From a virus (taxonomy: Duplodnaviria > Caudoviricetes): a DNA stretch of 64,000 nucleotides. The translations under genes and the position numbers were made by a program. This document shows, piece by piece, positions 10,475-20,672 of this stretch. Under the pieces are notes generated by a model, which had not been told where the DNA came from, did no database searches, and saw nothing but the letters and a program-made list of their open reading frames with translations. Each line of letters starts with the position of its first letter. The first letter of the stretch is position 1. The stretch lies in IMG/VR virus record IMGVR_UViG_3300021376_000006; one strand, given 5' to 3'.

Positions 10475-10789
10475 ATGAATACTATCGACGATATTGTGAC
10501 CGAAGTTCGTAGGGCCACAGATTTTCAAATCAACAAGCAGATTCTACGCGAAAAAATTCAAACAGATCTACATATGACTCATCGCGGCGGCATGTTCAAA
10601 ATAACACCAGAACTTTTGGCATTTGTGAAAACATGGCCTGTAGACGAACTTTATCTTGAAGACATTTACCAAAATCCCGTTCAAATTGATCGTCAAACAT
10701 TTCTTGTAACTGCACAACAGCACTATCAAACAGTAATGAACACTTGGCATCAAGAATATGAAGAACTCAAAAAAATCAGAAAAATCTAG
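10475..10789 (+). CDS. Hypothetical protein
   Basis: 104-aa ORF directly downstream of the promoter and overlapping the next gene. Confidence 0.6.
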   Translation: MNTIDDIVTEVRRATDFQINKQILREKIQTDLHMTHRGGMFKITPELLAFVKTWPVDELYLEDIYQNPVQIDRQTFLVTAQQHYQTVMNTWHQEYEELKKIRKI

Positions 10790-11546
10790 AGGCATCGTGG
10801 CATTTGCTTACAATGTTGATACAATTGATTATGTGTCAATTGCCAAAAATATTTTAGAGTTGGCTAGTCAACTACTTGGAATTCCGTATACTTTAATTAC
10901 AGATAAAGAATTTGAAAATACAAATTACACAATGCGTTGTGACGTAGACACTGGCGAATTTATTAAGTGGCGCAATGTAGGAAGACATCATGCATACGAG
11001 TTATCACCATATGACGAAACTTTAGTGATTGATGTGGATTATTTGATATTGGACAACAATTTAAATAAAATTTTTGATGTTAATTGGGATTATTTACTAG
11101 CAAGAACAAGCACTGCCTTGACAACCACTTGGTCCAGTCAAATGGGAGAAACCAGTTTACCGTATGTTTGGGCCACAGTGTTTGCTTTCCGGAAAACACC
11201 TCGAGCTCAGATGTTTTTTGATCTTGTGGGAAGAATTCAAAGAAACTATGCCTACTATTGTGCTTTGTTTAATGTGCAAGAACGAAATTTTAGAAATGAC
11301 TATGCATTTGCCATGGCAGACATAATTTTAAATGGATACGCTCTATATAAAAAATCTATTCCGGGCAGCATATTGGCAGTGGATCAACCAATTGAAAGTA
11401 TTTGTTTGTCAAACAAAAAAGTCATTGTCAAAGATAAAAATAGAGCCTATGTGTTACCACGTACAAATTTACACATAATGAGCAAAACTTATTTGCAAAG
11501 CGATGACTGCCAACAGTTTATCAATCAGGTGCTTGATGAGTCATAA
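10758..11546 (+). CDS. GT-A fold glycosyltransferase-like protein
   Basis: GIVAFAYN..DY N-terminus and LSPYDETLVIDVDYLI (DxD). Paralog of the next gene. Start uncertain. Confidence 0.6.
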   Translation: MKNSKKSEKSRGIVAFAYNVDTIDYVSIAKNILELASQLLGIPYTLITDKEFENTNYTMRCDVDTGEFIKWRNVGRHHAYELSPYDETLVIDVDYLILDNNLNKIFDVNWDYLLARTSTALTTTWSSQMGETSLPYVWATVFAFRKTPRAQMFFDLVGRIQRNYAYYCALFNVQERNFRNDYAFAMADIILNGYALYKKSIPGSILAVDQPIESICLSNKKVIVKDKNRAYVLPRTNLHIMSKTYLQSDDCQQFINQVLDES

Positions 11547-12330
11547 AGCACAATTGGGATTCTTAACTGTTGCTTGCAACACCGAACATGTTGATTATCT
11601 TAGATTGGCTTATTTACAGGCTGTAAATGTCAAACAAACACAAAAGAACAATCAATATGCTGTGATAGTCGACAGTGCTACTCTAACTAAAGTTAGTGAA
11701 GATCACAAAAAAGTTTTTGATTACGTGATTGAAGCACCAGACCATGCATTTGGACCTTTTGGCACAGAAGCATTTGCATTTGAATTGACACCATTTAAAG
11801 AAACCATAAAACTAGAAAGCGATTTGTTATTTACAAGAAGTATAGACCATTGGGTACATGCATTTAGATTACGAGATATGGTACTAAGTGTTGGCAGTAG
11901 AAATTATCAACAACAAATATCCAATGTTAGAAATTATCGAAAAGCATTTGATGATAACAATTTGCCTGATGTATATAATGGGTTGATGTATTTTAGATTT
12001 ACCAAGACAGCACGAGATTTTTTTGACACAACAAAACAAATATATAGTAACTGGAACACAATTGTTAACGAGTTAAAAAATTGTAGAGAATCTGTACCCA
12101 GCACAGACGTTGTTTTTGCTTTGGCTGCACAAATTGTCGGACGAGAACTTTGCACATTACCAAGCGCAGACTTTATAAATTTTGTGCATATGAAGCCTGC
12201 TATTAACGGATTCAACGAAGATTTAAAATTCAGTGAAGTGTTTGTAACTGAACAGGACACAGATATGATTAGAATCAACAATATCAATCAATATCATCCT
12301 ATACATTATTATGATAAAGAATTTTTATGA
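11536..12330 (+). CDS. GT-A fold glycosyltransferase-like protein (paralog, DxD changed to ESD)
   Basis: GFLTVACN...DY and LTPFKETIKLESDLLF align with the preceding gene. ATG at 11536 overlaps the upstream stop. Confidence 0.55.
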   Translation: MSHKAQLGFLTVACNTEHVDYLRLAYLQAVNVKQTQKNNQYAVIVDSATLTKVSEDHKKVFDYVIEAPDHAFGPFGTEAFAFELTPFKETIKLESDLLFTRSIDHWVHAFRLRDMVLSVGSRNYQQQISNVRNYRKAFDDNNLPDVYNGLMYFRFTKTARDFFDTTKQIYSNWNTIVNELKNCRESVPSTDVVFALAAQIVGRELCTLPSADFINFVHMKPAINGFNEDLKFSEVFVTEQDTDMIRINNINQYHPIHYYDKEFL

Positions 12331-12698
12331 GTGAAAATCTATGGGACGAAGTTGCTAGATTAGTGGCCGAGTATGATGCTGCTCGCCCAGTGATTACAAA
12401 AGAATATAGACTGTATTACAATCATGACGGAACCGTAATTGGACTTTGGGAGAGCAATCATCCCACCGGCGACAATTTTATTGTGTTAGATGATCCGGGC
12501 ATGTTTTATAGTGCAAATACTCTTTTACTACGAGTGCAAAATAAAAAATTAATTGTATTAGATCCGCGAGCACCTGCAAAAACACGATTACAAAAATCCA
12601 ATCAAGGATTTAGAGTAGTAAAAGGACATGCCGCTTTGATTTTAGAACAGGATGAAATCTATCCAGAAGTAGAATATTATGACCAAAAAAATAATTGA
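12327..12698 (+). CDS. Hypothetical protein
   Basis: 123-aa ORF with ATGA coupling. Confidence 0.55.
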   Translation: MSENLWDEVARLVAEYDAARPVITKEYRLYYNHDGTVIGLWESNHPTGDNFIVLDDPGMFYSANTLLLRVQNKKLIVLDPRAPAKTRLQKSNQGFRVVKGHAALILEQDEIYPEVEYYDQKNN

Positions 12699-13608
12699 TA
12701 TTGCAGATTTAGATTGTATCTTTTTAACTTATGACGAACCTAAAAAAGAAGAATTTTGGATTAGGATTCAAAACATGGTACCGTGGGCAAAGAGAGTTGA
12801 TGGAGTTAAAGGGTCTGATGCAGCGCATAAAGCAGCCGCTGCCGCGTCAGACACAGACCGTTTTGTTGTTATTGACGGAGACAATATTCCGGATCCAGAA
12901 TTTTTTAATCTACAACTATCGTTGGACGAGAGAAATCATGACCACGTTTTTAGGTGGAAGGCCAGGAATGCTGTAAACGGTTTAAGATATGGTAACGGTG
13001 GTGTAAGCTGCTGGACCAAGGATTTCGTTAATCGTATGCGAACACACGAAGCAAGTCTTGGGGATGAGGAAACTGCCGTTGAGTTTTGTTTTGATCCTAA
13101 GTATACAGCAATGCATAATTGTTATAGCACTACATATCCTAATGGTAGTTCCAAACAAGCATGGCGTGCAGGATTCCGTGAAGGTGTCAAGATGTGTCTT
13201 AACAGGGGACACAAGCCCACTCTACAAGAATTTGAAGAAGGTGTGAACAAAAGGAACTATGATAATTTATGTATATGGCACTCAGTGGGTGCAGATGTGG
13301 AAAATGGTTATTGGGCAATGTATGGAGCACGATTAGGCACATACATGATCATGCTTGAAGGGTGGGATCATCATTATGTTCAGGACTTTGACATGCTTGA
13401 AAAACTATGGACCAGTTTTAGTACTGAAGATCCTGAAGAAGGTTGTGCTAGGATCCAAGATGCATTAAAAAATAGATTAGGATTACCTATTGTTATGTAT
13501 ACACCAGAACAAAGTCAATTTTTTAAACATCACTACAGTATTGGGCAGCGTAATAGTGAAATTATGATGACTGAGATAGATGTAATTCGGAGGATCGAAG
13601 GATGGTAA
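12679..13608 (+). CDS. GT-A (GT2-like) glycosyltransferase-like protein
   Basis: DCIFLTYDEP, RVDGVKGSDAAHKAAA and FVVIDGDN (DxD). Homologous to the C-terminal domain of 29987..31846. Confidence 0.55.
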   Translation: MTKKIIDIADLDCIFLTYDEPKKEEFWIRIQNMVPWAKRVDGVKGSDAAHKAAAAASDTDRFVVIDGDNIPDPEFFNLQLSLDERNHDHVFRWKARNAVNGLRYGNGGVSCWTKDFVNRMRTHEASLGDEETAVEFCFDPKYTAMHNCYSTTYPNGSSKQAWRAGFREGVKMCLNRGHKPTLQEFEEGVNKRNYDNLCIWHSVGADVENGYWAMYGARLGTYMIMLEGWDHHYVQDFDMLEKLWTSFSTEDPEEGCARIQDALKNRLGLPIVMYTPEQSQFFKHHYSIGQRNSEIMMTEIDVIRRIEGW

Positions 13609-14561
13609 TTTTAGAAAATAAAGACACACATATTTTTAATTTGCCTGAAAAAATTGTAGATATTGTACACGAGTATACAAATACCGGCAAAGTAATTATT
13701 ACAACTAACTCAGAAGGTTTGTGTCTTTTGTCGGCTAATTTTTATAATACATTAGATTATGTTTGCTCTAAATTTCAAATTAGTAAAAAATCAATTATTA
13801 TAAAAACTTGTAATGTAGAAGAATTTCATCCAGAATACACAATAAAAATTTTAGATAATTATTATATAGATAGTTGTAAGCCTTATTTAAAAGTTAAATT
13901 ATTACAAAAAAATCATCAGTTACATACTGTAGGTTGTTTTATAGGAAAGCCAAATTGGCATAGATTAATAATATCGGCATGGCTTTACACAAATTTTAAT
14001 AATAAAATTCTGTTAACGTGTCACTATAATCCGCAAGATGAAAGACATTTAATTGACAGCGAGTTAACAATGTTAAATCAACTAGCTTTTAACGAATTAT
14101 CTACAGTAATACCATATATGAAAAAATGTCCTGTGTATTTAGATGAAGGATTTTTAGATTATACTATTGGACCACCAACTCATTATAATTTATTGCAAAA
14201 GTACACTGACATATTTTTAGATTTAGTAGTCGAAACATATGTAACTGGTAAAACATTTTTTCCTACCGAAAAAACTCTAAGACCTATTATAGCAAAAACT
14301 CCTTTTATAATAATGGGTCCTCAAGGATATTTGTCTAATCTTAGAAGAATTGGATATAAAACTTTTTCAAATTGGTGGAGCGAAGATTATGACAATTTTA
14401 ATGGGTATCAACGAATTTTAGAAATTAAAAAAATTTTAGAAAATGTATTTACATGGCCACATAGTAAATTAAATGATACTTTAAATGAAATGAATAATGT
14501 ATTAGATCATAATAGAACGGTATTACAATATATGAAAGGTAGTGAAGTAAAACTGTCATGA
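13602..14561 (+). CDS. GT10-like (GT-B) glycosyltransferase-like protein, copy 1
   Basis: DLVVETY..KTFFPTEKTLRPI..KTPFI..G....L..L...GYKTF..WW.EDYD resembles the fucosyltransferase EN...Y.TEK motif. Visibly AT-rich. Confidence 0.5.
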   Translation: MVILENKDTHIFNLPEKIVDIVHEYTNTGKVIITTNSEGLCLLSANFYNTLDYVCSKFQISKKSIIIKTCNVEEFHPEYTIKILDNYYIDSCKPYLKVKLLQKNHQLHTVGCFIGKPNWHRLIISAWLYTNFNNKILLTCHYNPQDERHLIDSELTMLNQLAFNELSTVIPYMKKCPVYLDEGFLDYTIGPPTHYNLLQKYTDIFLDLVVETYVTGKTFFPTEKTLRPIIAKTPFIIMGPQGYLSNLRRIGYKTFSNWWSEDYDNFNGYQRILEIKKILENVFTWPHSKLNDTLNEMNNVLDHNRTVLQYMKGSEVKLS

Positions 14562-15940
14562 CAAAAAGTATCTTTCTCTCTTCTGCGGAGGCTATGCAAG
14601 AAAAATTAGGTCCTGCGCTTTGTCTTGCTAAATGGCAACAGGTCAGTCTACATCTTCCAACAGGACTAACTAACAGTTGCTATCACCCTCCACTACACGA
14701 AATAGATGCCGCACTATTGAAAGATAATCCCAGTGCGCTACACAATACACCACACAAAAAAGAACAGCGTAAAATTATGTTACGCAATGAACGACCGCAG
14801 GAGTGTAGTTATTGCTGGACACAAGAAGACCTAGGCAATTTAAGTGACAGGCATTATCGTTCAGGCGAACCCTGGGCAGCGGAACATTTTGATCGTATCA
14901 TCAACAGTACCGGAGACGAAGATGAAATTCCAAGTTATGTGGAAGTCAATTTTAATAACGCTTGCAACCTTAAGTGTAGCTATTGCAGCCCTCAGTTTAG
15001 CAGCACTTGGGCTGACGAAATTGCTAGGTACGGAGCGTATCCCACTAGTAATCGTCATAATGACCCCACTTTTTTTATGGACCGCAGAAGGCCTACGCCC
15101 AATCGTGAGGATAATCCTTATGTTAACGCTTTTTGGGAGTGGTGGCCAAGTCTTTATCCACGGTTAAAACACTTTCGAATGACCGGCGGCGAACCTTTAA
15201 TGGATCGTAATACCTATCGTGTATTTGATTATGTATTGGCTTTTCCTAAATCCGATTTGCACATTGATGTGACCAGCAATTTCAGTGTGGAAGAAAAGTT
15301 ATGGGAACAATACTTCAATTATGTAAAACAGTTGTGTAATACCAATATAGAGCATTTTATGCAGTATGTGAGTTTGGACTCTGGTATCCCGGAGCAAGCA
15401 GAATATATAAGACACGGGATGGAATTCAAACGAGTTTTAGCCAGGGTCGAATTTTTCTTAAGACACATACCCGGTCGCAATAGTCTTACATTTATTATTA
15501 CTATGAATAATCTAAGTGTTTTAGGTTTGCGAAGACAATTAGAAACCATTCTTTCATTGAGAAGATACCATAGTACAACATATCAACGTGTTTGGTTTGA
15601 CACACCAATATTGAGACAGCCCACGTGGCAAAGCTTACAAATACTTCCTTCTGTATATGCACGTCGATTGCAAGATGTAGTAGATTGGATGCAGGAAAAC
15701 TCGGAGACTGTTGAACGTCCGTTTCAAGGATTCAAAGATTATGAAGTGCAAAGAATGCAACGGGTTCTAGATTGGATGCAAGAAGGTAGCAAATTAGACG
15801 CTGAATATGTTAAACTACAACGTGCTGATTTTTATAAATTCTTTAGTGAGCACGATAAACGAAGAGGAACCTGGTTTCTAAATACATTTCCAGAAATGCG
15901 AGAGTTCTGGAACGAATGCCAATATCATGCCCAAAATTAA
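14558..15940 (+). CDS. Radical SAM protein 1 with N-terminal Twitch-like Cys domain
   Basis: CNLKCSYC (CxxxCxxC) and TGGEP; N-terminal CLAKW..SCYH..CSYCW. Confidence 0.85.
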   Translation: MTKSIFLSSAEAMQEKLGPALCLAKWQQVSLHLPTGLTNSCYHPPLHEIDAALLKDNPSALHNTPHKKEQRKIMLRNERPQECSYCWTQEDLGNLSDRHYRSGEPWAAEHFDRIINSTGDEDEIPSYVEVNFNNACNLKCSYCSPQFSSTWADEIARYGAYPTSNRHNDPTFFMDRRRPTPNREDNPYVNAFWEWWPSLYPRLKHFRMTGGEPLMDRNTYRVFDYVLAFPKSDLHIDVTSNFSVEEKLWEQYFNYVKQLCNTNIEHFMQYVSLDSGIPEQAEYIRHGMEFKRVLARVEFFLRHIPGRNSLTFIITMNNLSVLGLRRQLETILSLRRYHSTTYQRVWFDTPILRQPTWQSLQILPSVYARRLQDVVDWMQENSETVERPFQGFKDYEVQRMQRVLDWMQEGSKLDAEYVKLQRADFYKFFSEHDKRRGTWFLNTFPEMREFWNECQYHAQN

Positions 15941-17282
15941 TAACGAAACAGATTTAGAATACAAGCGCAGAGTGATCGACATCAAGTCCAAATCATTCTG
16001 TGGAGCCAAATGGTATAATGCTACAATTTGGCTAGGATCAGGTATGACTACGTCATGTCATCACCCACTTCCTCACAAAGTTGATGTTGGAGATGTGCAA
16101 GTCAACCCCAGGACACTACACAATACATCTAAGAAAAAAGAAGAGCGTCGCCAAATGCAAGCGGGCGCAAGACCTACAGGTTGTGAATATTGTTGGAAGA
16201 TTGAAGACATTGATAGAAATAATATCAGTGATCGAGTTTACAAAACAGTAATTTACTCAGATGAGGACTTAAATTATGCGTACAACACAGACCCTAGCGA
16301 AGATATCAATCTTCGAACTCTTGAAATTAGTTTTGACCGCACTTGTCAGTTTGCTTGCTCTTATTGCAATCCTGCGTTCAGTAGCACTTGGGTTAAAGAC
16401 ATCAATACCCATGGACCCTACACTAATTTGGTGTCTGACGGCAGGAATCATTTTACTCATAGCCATGACAGTTCGCAGCTTTTTAAATATGGTGAAAATA
16501 ACCCATATGCAGAAGCCTTCTTTAGATGGTGGGAATCAGACCTCCACCAAACCTTAGACGAATTACGTATAACCGGAGGCGAGCCACTCATGTCCGGATA
16601 CACTTGGCAACTACTTGATTGGTTTCAACAAAACAAAGGTTGTAGCCAAACCAGACTTGCAATAAATTCTAACCTAGGAACACAAGTTGATCTCGATCGT
16701 TTATTTTCAAGTGTGGACACACCCATTGACCTATACACTAGTAATGAAAGCATCGGCCTACACTCAGAGTATATTAGAGACGGATTGGCCTGGGACGATT
16801 GGGCTAATACTGTAGAATTAATCTTAGACCATCAAATTGATCATAAACTACGTGCTTTGCACATCATGTGTACTATCAATGCACTGTGTTTAGACAGTTT
16901 AACAGACTTCTTGGAATGGGTAATTAATTTAAAACTATGCTATGGTCGAGAAGCGGTGAACTTTTCTTTAAATATCCTACGTTTTCCAAGTTTTCAATCT
17001 GCCCTAGTACTACCTAGCCAAATACGCACCAAGTATAAAGATCAACTTATAGACTTTATGGCTAGACACCAAGGTTCAGAGTTTGTACACGAATATGAAT
17101 GGAATCAGCTACAACGTTTGATTGATTATCTTGACGTGGTTAAAACTTCTCATACCGGAGCAGCAGAACAAGATGTATTACAAAAAGATTTCAAAAATTT
17201 TTATACACAATACGATATAAGAAGGAAAAAAGATTTTTGTAAAACTTTTCCTAATTTAGCTGATTGGTTCATTAACATATGA
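15927..17282 (+). CDS. Radical SAM protein 2 with N-terminal Twitch-like Cys domain
   Basis: CQFACSYC and TGGEP; N-terminal CGAKW..SCHH..CEYCW. Confidence 0.85.
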   Translation: MPKINNETDLEYKRRVIDIKSKSFCGAKWYNATIWLGSGMTTSCHHPLPHKVDVGDVQVNPRTLHNTSKKKEERRQMQAGARPTGCEYCWKIEDIDRNNISDRVYKTVIYSDEDLNYAYNTDPSEDINLRTLEISFDRTCQFACSYCNPAFSSTWVKDINTHGPYTNLVSDGRNHFTHSHDSSQLFKYGENNPYAEAFFRWWESDLHQTLDELRITGGEPLMSGYTWQLLDWFQQNKGCSQTRLAINSNLGTQVDLDRLFSSVDTPIDLYTSNESIGLHSEYIRDGLAWDDWANTVELILDHQIDHKLRALHIMCTINALCLDSLTDFLEWVINLKLCYGREAVNFSLNILRFPSFQSALVLPSQIRTKYKDQLIDFMARHQGSEFVHEYEWNQLQRLIDYLDVVKTSHTGAAEQDVLQKDFKNFYTQYDIRRKKDFCKTFPNLADWFINI

Positions 17283-18745
17283 GTGTAAAAGATTTTTACA
17301 ATAAAGGCTATGTGTATAATGCCCGTTCTCCTTATTTTATAGAAAAAGAAAAACTGTCAAACCAACATTGGCAACGTCTAACTGAAAGCAAAACATTCTG
17401 TATGATGCCCTGGGTTCATATGCATGCATTTCCAGATGGCCGTGCCTATCCGTGTTGTCTTGCAGATTACTGGCATCCAGTTGGAGATTTAAGAAAAAAT
17501 ACCATGGAAGAAGTTTGGAACCAAGACGCATACAAAACCATGCGTCAAAACATGTTAGAGGACAAATCGTGCAAAGAATGTACCAAGTGTTATGAACAAG
17601 AAGCAAATGGTTTCTTTAGTATGCGATACGATAGTAATCGTAATTATGGACATCATATAGCAGAAATAGATCAAACACTGCCAGATGGTACTCATCCAGA
17701 ATTCAAGATAAGGTATTGGGATGTCAGATTTAGCAATCTTTGTAATTTTAGTTGTCGCAGTTGCGGTCCAATTTTTAGTAGCAACTGGTATAATGATCAT
17801 GTTAAACTTTATAATCGTAAGCCCGATGTACTTGGCAGAGACATGGCACGAGTTGAATACACCGCCGGCGATGAAGACGCCATGCTCGAGCAAATGCTCC
17901 CCCATATTCCATATCTTGAACAAGTTTATTTCGCCGGCGGTGAACCTTTAATTATGAAGGAACATTATTTCTTATTAGAAAAGTTAATTGAACATGGCAA
18001 GACAGATATCAGGATTCAATACAATACAAATTTTAGTGAATTGAGATACAAAGATAAACATGTGTTTGACTATTGGAAGCACTTCAAAAACGTCAGCGTA
18101 GGTGCCAGCTTGGATGCCAGCGGAGAGCGTGCTGAACTCATGCGTAAAGGCACAGATTGGTCTCAAACACTAGAGAATCGACGACACATGATGCAAGAAG
18201 TTCCGCATGTTGATTTTTACGTCAGTGCCACTGTAAGTGCTATGAACGTATTACATGTATTAGATTTTCATCGTGAATGGACAGAACTAGGATTAATTCA
18301 AGCTAAAGATTTTAATATTAACTTGTGTCAGAGTCCTAACTGGTATCGTGCAAATATTTTTCCTAAAGAATTTAAAGATCAAGTAATTGTGCCTGCCTAT
18401 AAACGGCATCTTGACTGGCTACGACCAGTTGATTCACTTAAACGAGCTACAAATGGATACGAATCACTATTAAATTTTATTCAAACAAACAATTCAGATA
18501 TACAGGTTAACCTACAGGAATTTGAGTATGAAACTCAAAAAAGTTCGTCGTGGCCAGACTGGGAAGATTTTCAAAAAGGAAAAAGAACTGATGATGAAGA
18601 AATAAACAGAGAAATTGAAGAATTTGTAAAAGAAAAAAAACAAACTATTGAATTTGAAAGCTTTAAAGCACAAATCAAAAAACTAGACAGTGTTAGAAAT
18701 GAAAACTTTTGGAACACATTTCCTGAATTAAATGATCTTGCCTAA
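17279..18745 (+). CDS. Radical SAM protein 3 with N-terminal Twitch-like Cys domain
   Basis: CNFSCRSC and AGGEP; N-terminal CMMPW..PCC..CTKCY; roughly 50-aa C-terminal insertion. Confidence 0.85.
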   Translation: MSVKDFYNKGYVYNARSPYFIEKEKLSNQHWQRLTESKTFCMMPWVHMHAFPDGRAYPCCLADYWHPVGDLRKNTMEEVWNQDAYKTMRQNMLEDKSCKECTKCYEQEANGFFSMRYDSNRNYGHHIAEIDQTLPDGTHPEFKIRYWDVRFSNLCNFSCRSCGPIFSSNWYNDHVKLYNRKPDVLGRDMARVEYTAGDEDAMLEQMLPHIPYLEQVYFAGGEPLIMKEHYFLLEKLIEHGKTDIRIQYNTNFSELRYKDKHVFDYWKHFKNVSVGASLDASGERAELMRKGTDWSQTLENRRHMMQEVPHVDFYVSATVSAMNVLHVLDFHREWTELGLIQAKDFNINLCQSPNWYRANIFPKEFKDQVIVPAYKRHLDWLRPVDSLKRATNGYESLLNFIQTNNSDIQVNLQEFEYETQKSSSWPDWEDFQKGKRTDDEEINREIEEFVKEKKQTIEFESFKAQIKKLDSVRNENFWNTFPELNDLA

Positions 18746-19946
18746 AACAATATGTATGCTTCCATGGGTAAGCATTGAAACCAGTCCTATTGGTACTGCT
18801 AGACCTTGCTGCTTGGCCAGAAACGAAATCACAAACAGTGATGGTAACAAGTTTGATCTTAACAAAGACAATTTAGAAAACATTTATCACAGTGAATACA
18901 TGCAAAATCTTCGTAGACAATTTAGAGCCGGAGAAAAGCCTAGCACTTGTAAATTGTGTTGGGACGAAGAGGCAGCCGGTAGAACAAGTAAAAGAATACA
19001 CAGTAGGGTAAGATTAAAAGAATTATATGAGTTAGTTGATTGGGCAAATGACGATCCGGATCAACTTTGGTTTCTGGATTTAAAGTTGGGAAATATTTGT
19101 AATCTTAAATGTAGAATATGCGGATCTTGGTCTAGCAGTAAATGGGCAGCAGAAGAACTAGATTATATGCCAAAAGATTTTGATAAAAAGTCGCATATTG
19201 CCTATCAGTGGCTACGGCAAGGTGCGTGGCCAAGAAACAAAGATACAAATTTTTGGGATAATCTAAAAACACTATTGCCTAATATCAAGTATCTTGAATT
19301 CACTGGTGGCGAACCTTGGTTAATTGAAGAACACTTTGATTTATTAAAATACGCAGTTGCACAAGGATACAGTAAAAATATTGATATACATTATAATACA
19401 AATGCTACCCAGATGCCCGGAGAGTTTGATGCTGTCATTTGGCAAGAGTTTGGTCGTGTAGATATTGCATTTAGTATTGACAATGTGGGTGCCAGATTTG
19501 AATACGAACGGTACGGCGCTAAATGGGAATTGGCAAATGAAATTATTGATTATGTACATTACAGCCAAGTCACGATGCCAAACATTACTACACAACTTTG
19601 TTTTACCATAAATGTGCAAAATGTTTACTATCTTGATGAATTATTAGCGTGGGCAGATACCAAACCGTTTGGCAGCGTGTATTTTAACATGATGCATAGC
19701 CCAGATCATATGAGTGTACAGCATATGACGCCACAGGCTCAAGACTTGGTTTTAAATAAATTAAAAACTCATTTTTGGCAAAATAAAAATTATTTGAAAG
19801 AAGTTGACAATGTAATAAAATTTATCGAACAAGGCCCAGGTAGTGACGGCTCCGAATTTCGAGAAAAAATGCAAAGAACAGATACTTATAGAAAACAAAA
19901 TTTTAAAAATACACATTCAGAAATAGCATTGGCAATGGGGTATTAA
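18732..19946 (+). CDS. Radical SAM protein 4 with N-terminal Twitch-like Cys domain
   Basis: CNLKCRIC and TGGEP; N-terminal CMLPW..PCC..CKLCW. Confidence 0.85.
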   Translation: MILPKTICMLPWVSIETSPIGTARPCCLARNEITNSDGNKFDLNKDNLENIYHSEYMQNLRRQFRAGEKPSTCKLCWDEEAAGRTSKRIHSRVRLKELYELVDWANDDPDQLWFLDLKLGNICNLKCRICGSWSSSKWAAEELDYMPKDFDKKSHIAYQWLRQGAWPRNKDTNFWDNLKTLLPNIKYLEFTGGEPWLIEEHFDLLKYAVAQGYSKNIDIHYNTNATQMPGEFDAVIWQEFGRVDIAFSIDNVGARFEYERYGAKWELANEIIDYVHYSQVTMPNITTQLCFTINVQNVYYLDELLAWADTKPFGSVYFNMMHSPDHMSVQHMTPQAQDLVLNKLKTHFWQNKNYLKEVDNVIKFIEQGPGSDGSEFREKMQRTDTYRKQNFKNTHSEIALAMGY

Positions 19947-20672
19947 GTGAAAAATTTAATAACAACAGGATGTAGCTTTACAGCAGGCGTGATTCCGTTG
20001 CCTCACGAAAACAAAATAGCTTGGAAAAATCGAGGTAGCGTATGGCCACACTTTTGTTTTGCTGAAATGAATCCTGCACAAGATAAATTTGTTAATTTGG
20101 CTATACCTGGCGGTGGCAACATAGCTGCATTTACCAATTTAATCTATGTGTTAGAAAATAATAAAACATTTACACCTGACAATACGCTCATAGGTATAAA
20201 TTTAACTGGAATGCATCGATATGACGCAATTAGTGATTCTGCAAATGTTCAAGTGAACAAAAATTTGTGTTGTATTGATATCGATGGCATAACACACATT
20301 AGTGATACTTTAGGATTTGGTTGGATCACTGGCAAACATTTTGGTAATCAAAAAGTCGATATTTTATCAGCCGTCACTATTATTCAAGGTCTATCGTATC
20401 TAGAATTGCGTAAATTTAATTATTTTTTTATGTTAATGAATAATGCAATTTATGATTATTCTCCAGAATGGTTTCAACAGGCTTTAGATATAAGAAAATC
20501 CAACTGGATAACATTCAATAAACATATAGGCATGTTTGAATTTGTTCGCAATCTAAATCAAGTAACAGAAGATGGGCATCCAACTACAGATCGGCATAAA
20601 AGAATTAGTGAATTTGTGATCGAGTATATTAAAAATAATTGCAAAAATTATTTAGACAATTATGCAGCATAA
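19947..20672 (+). CDS. SGNH/GDSL-like protein, copy 1
   Basis: TGCSFTAG (block I), LAIPGGGN (block II), C-terminal DGHP. GTG start abuts the upstream stop. Confidence 0.55.
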   Translation: MKNLITTGCSFTAGVIPLPHENKIAWKNRGSVWPHFCFAEMNPAQDKFVNLAIPGGGNIAAFTNLIYVLENNKTFTPDNTLIGINLTGMHRYDAISDSANVQVNKNLCCIDIDGITHISDTLGFGWITGKHFGNQKVDILSAVTIIQGLSYLELRKFNYFFMLMNNAIYDYSPEWFQQALDIRKSNWITFNKHIGMFEFVRNLNQVTEDGHPTTDRHKRISEFVIEYIKNNCKNYLDNYAA

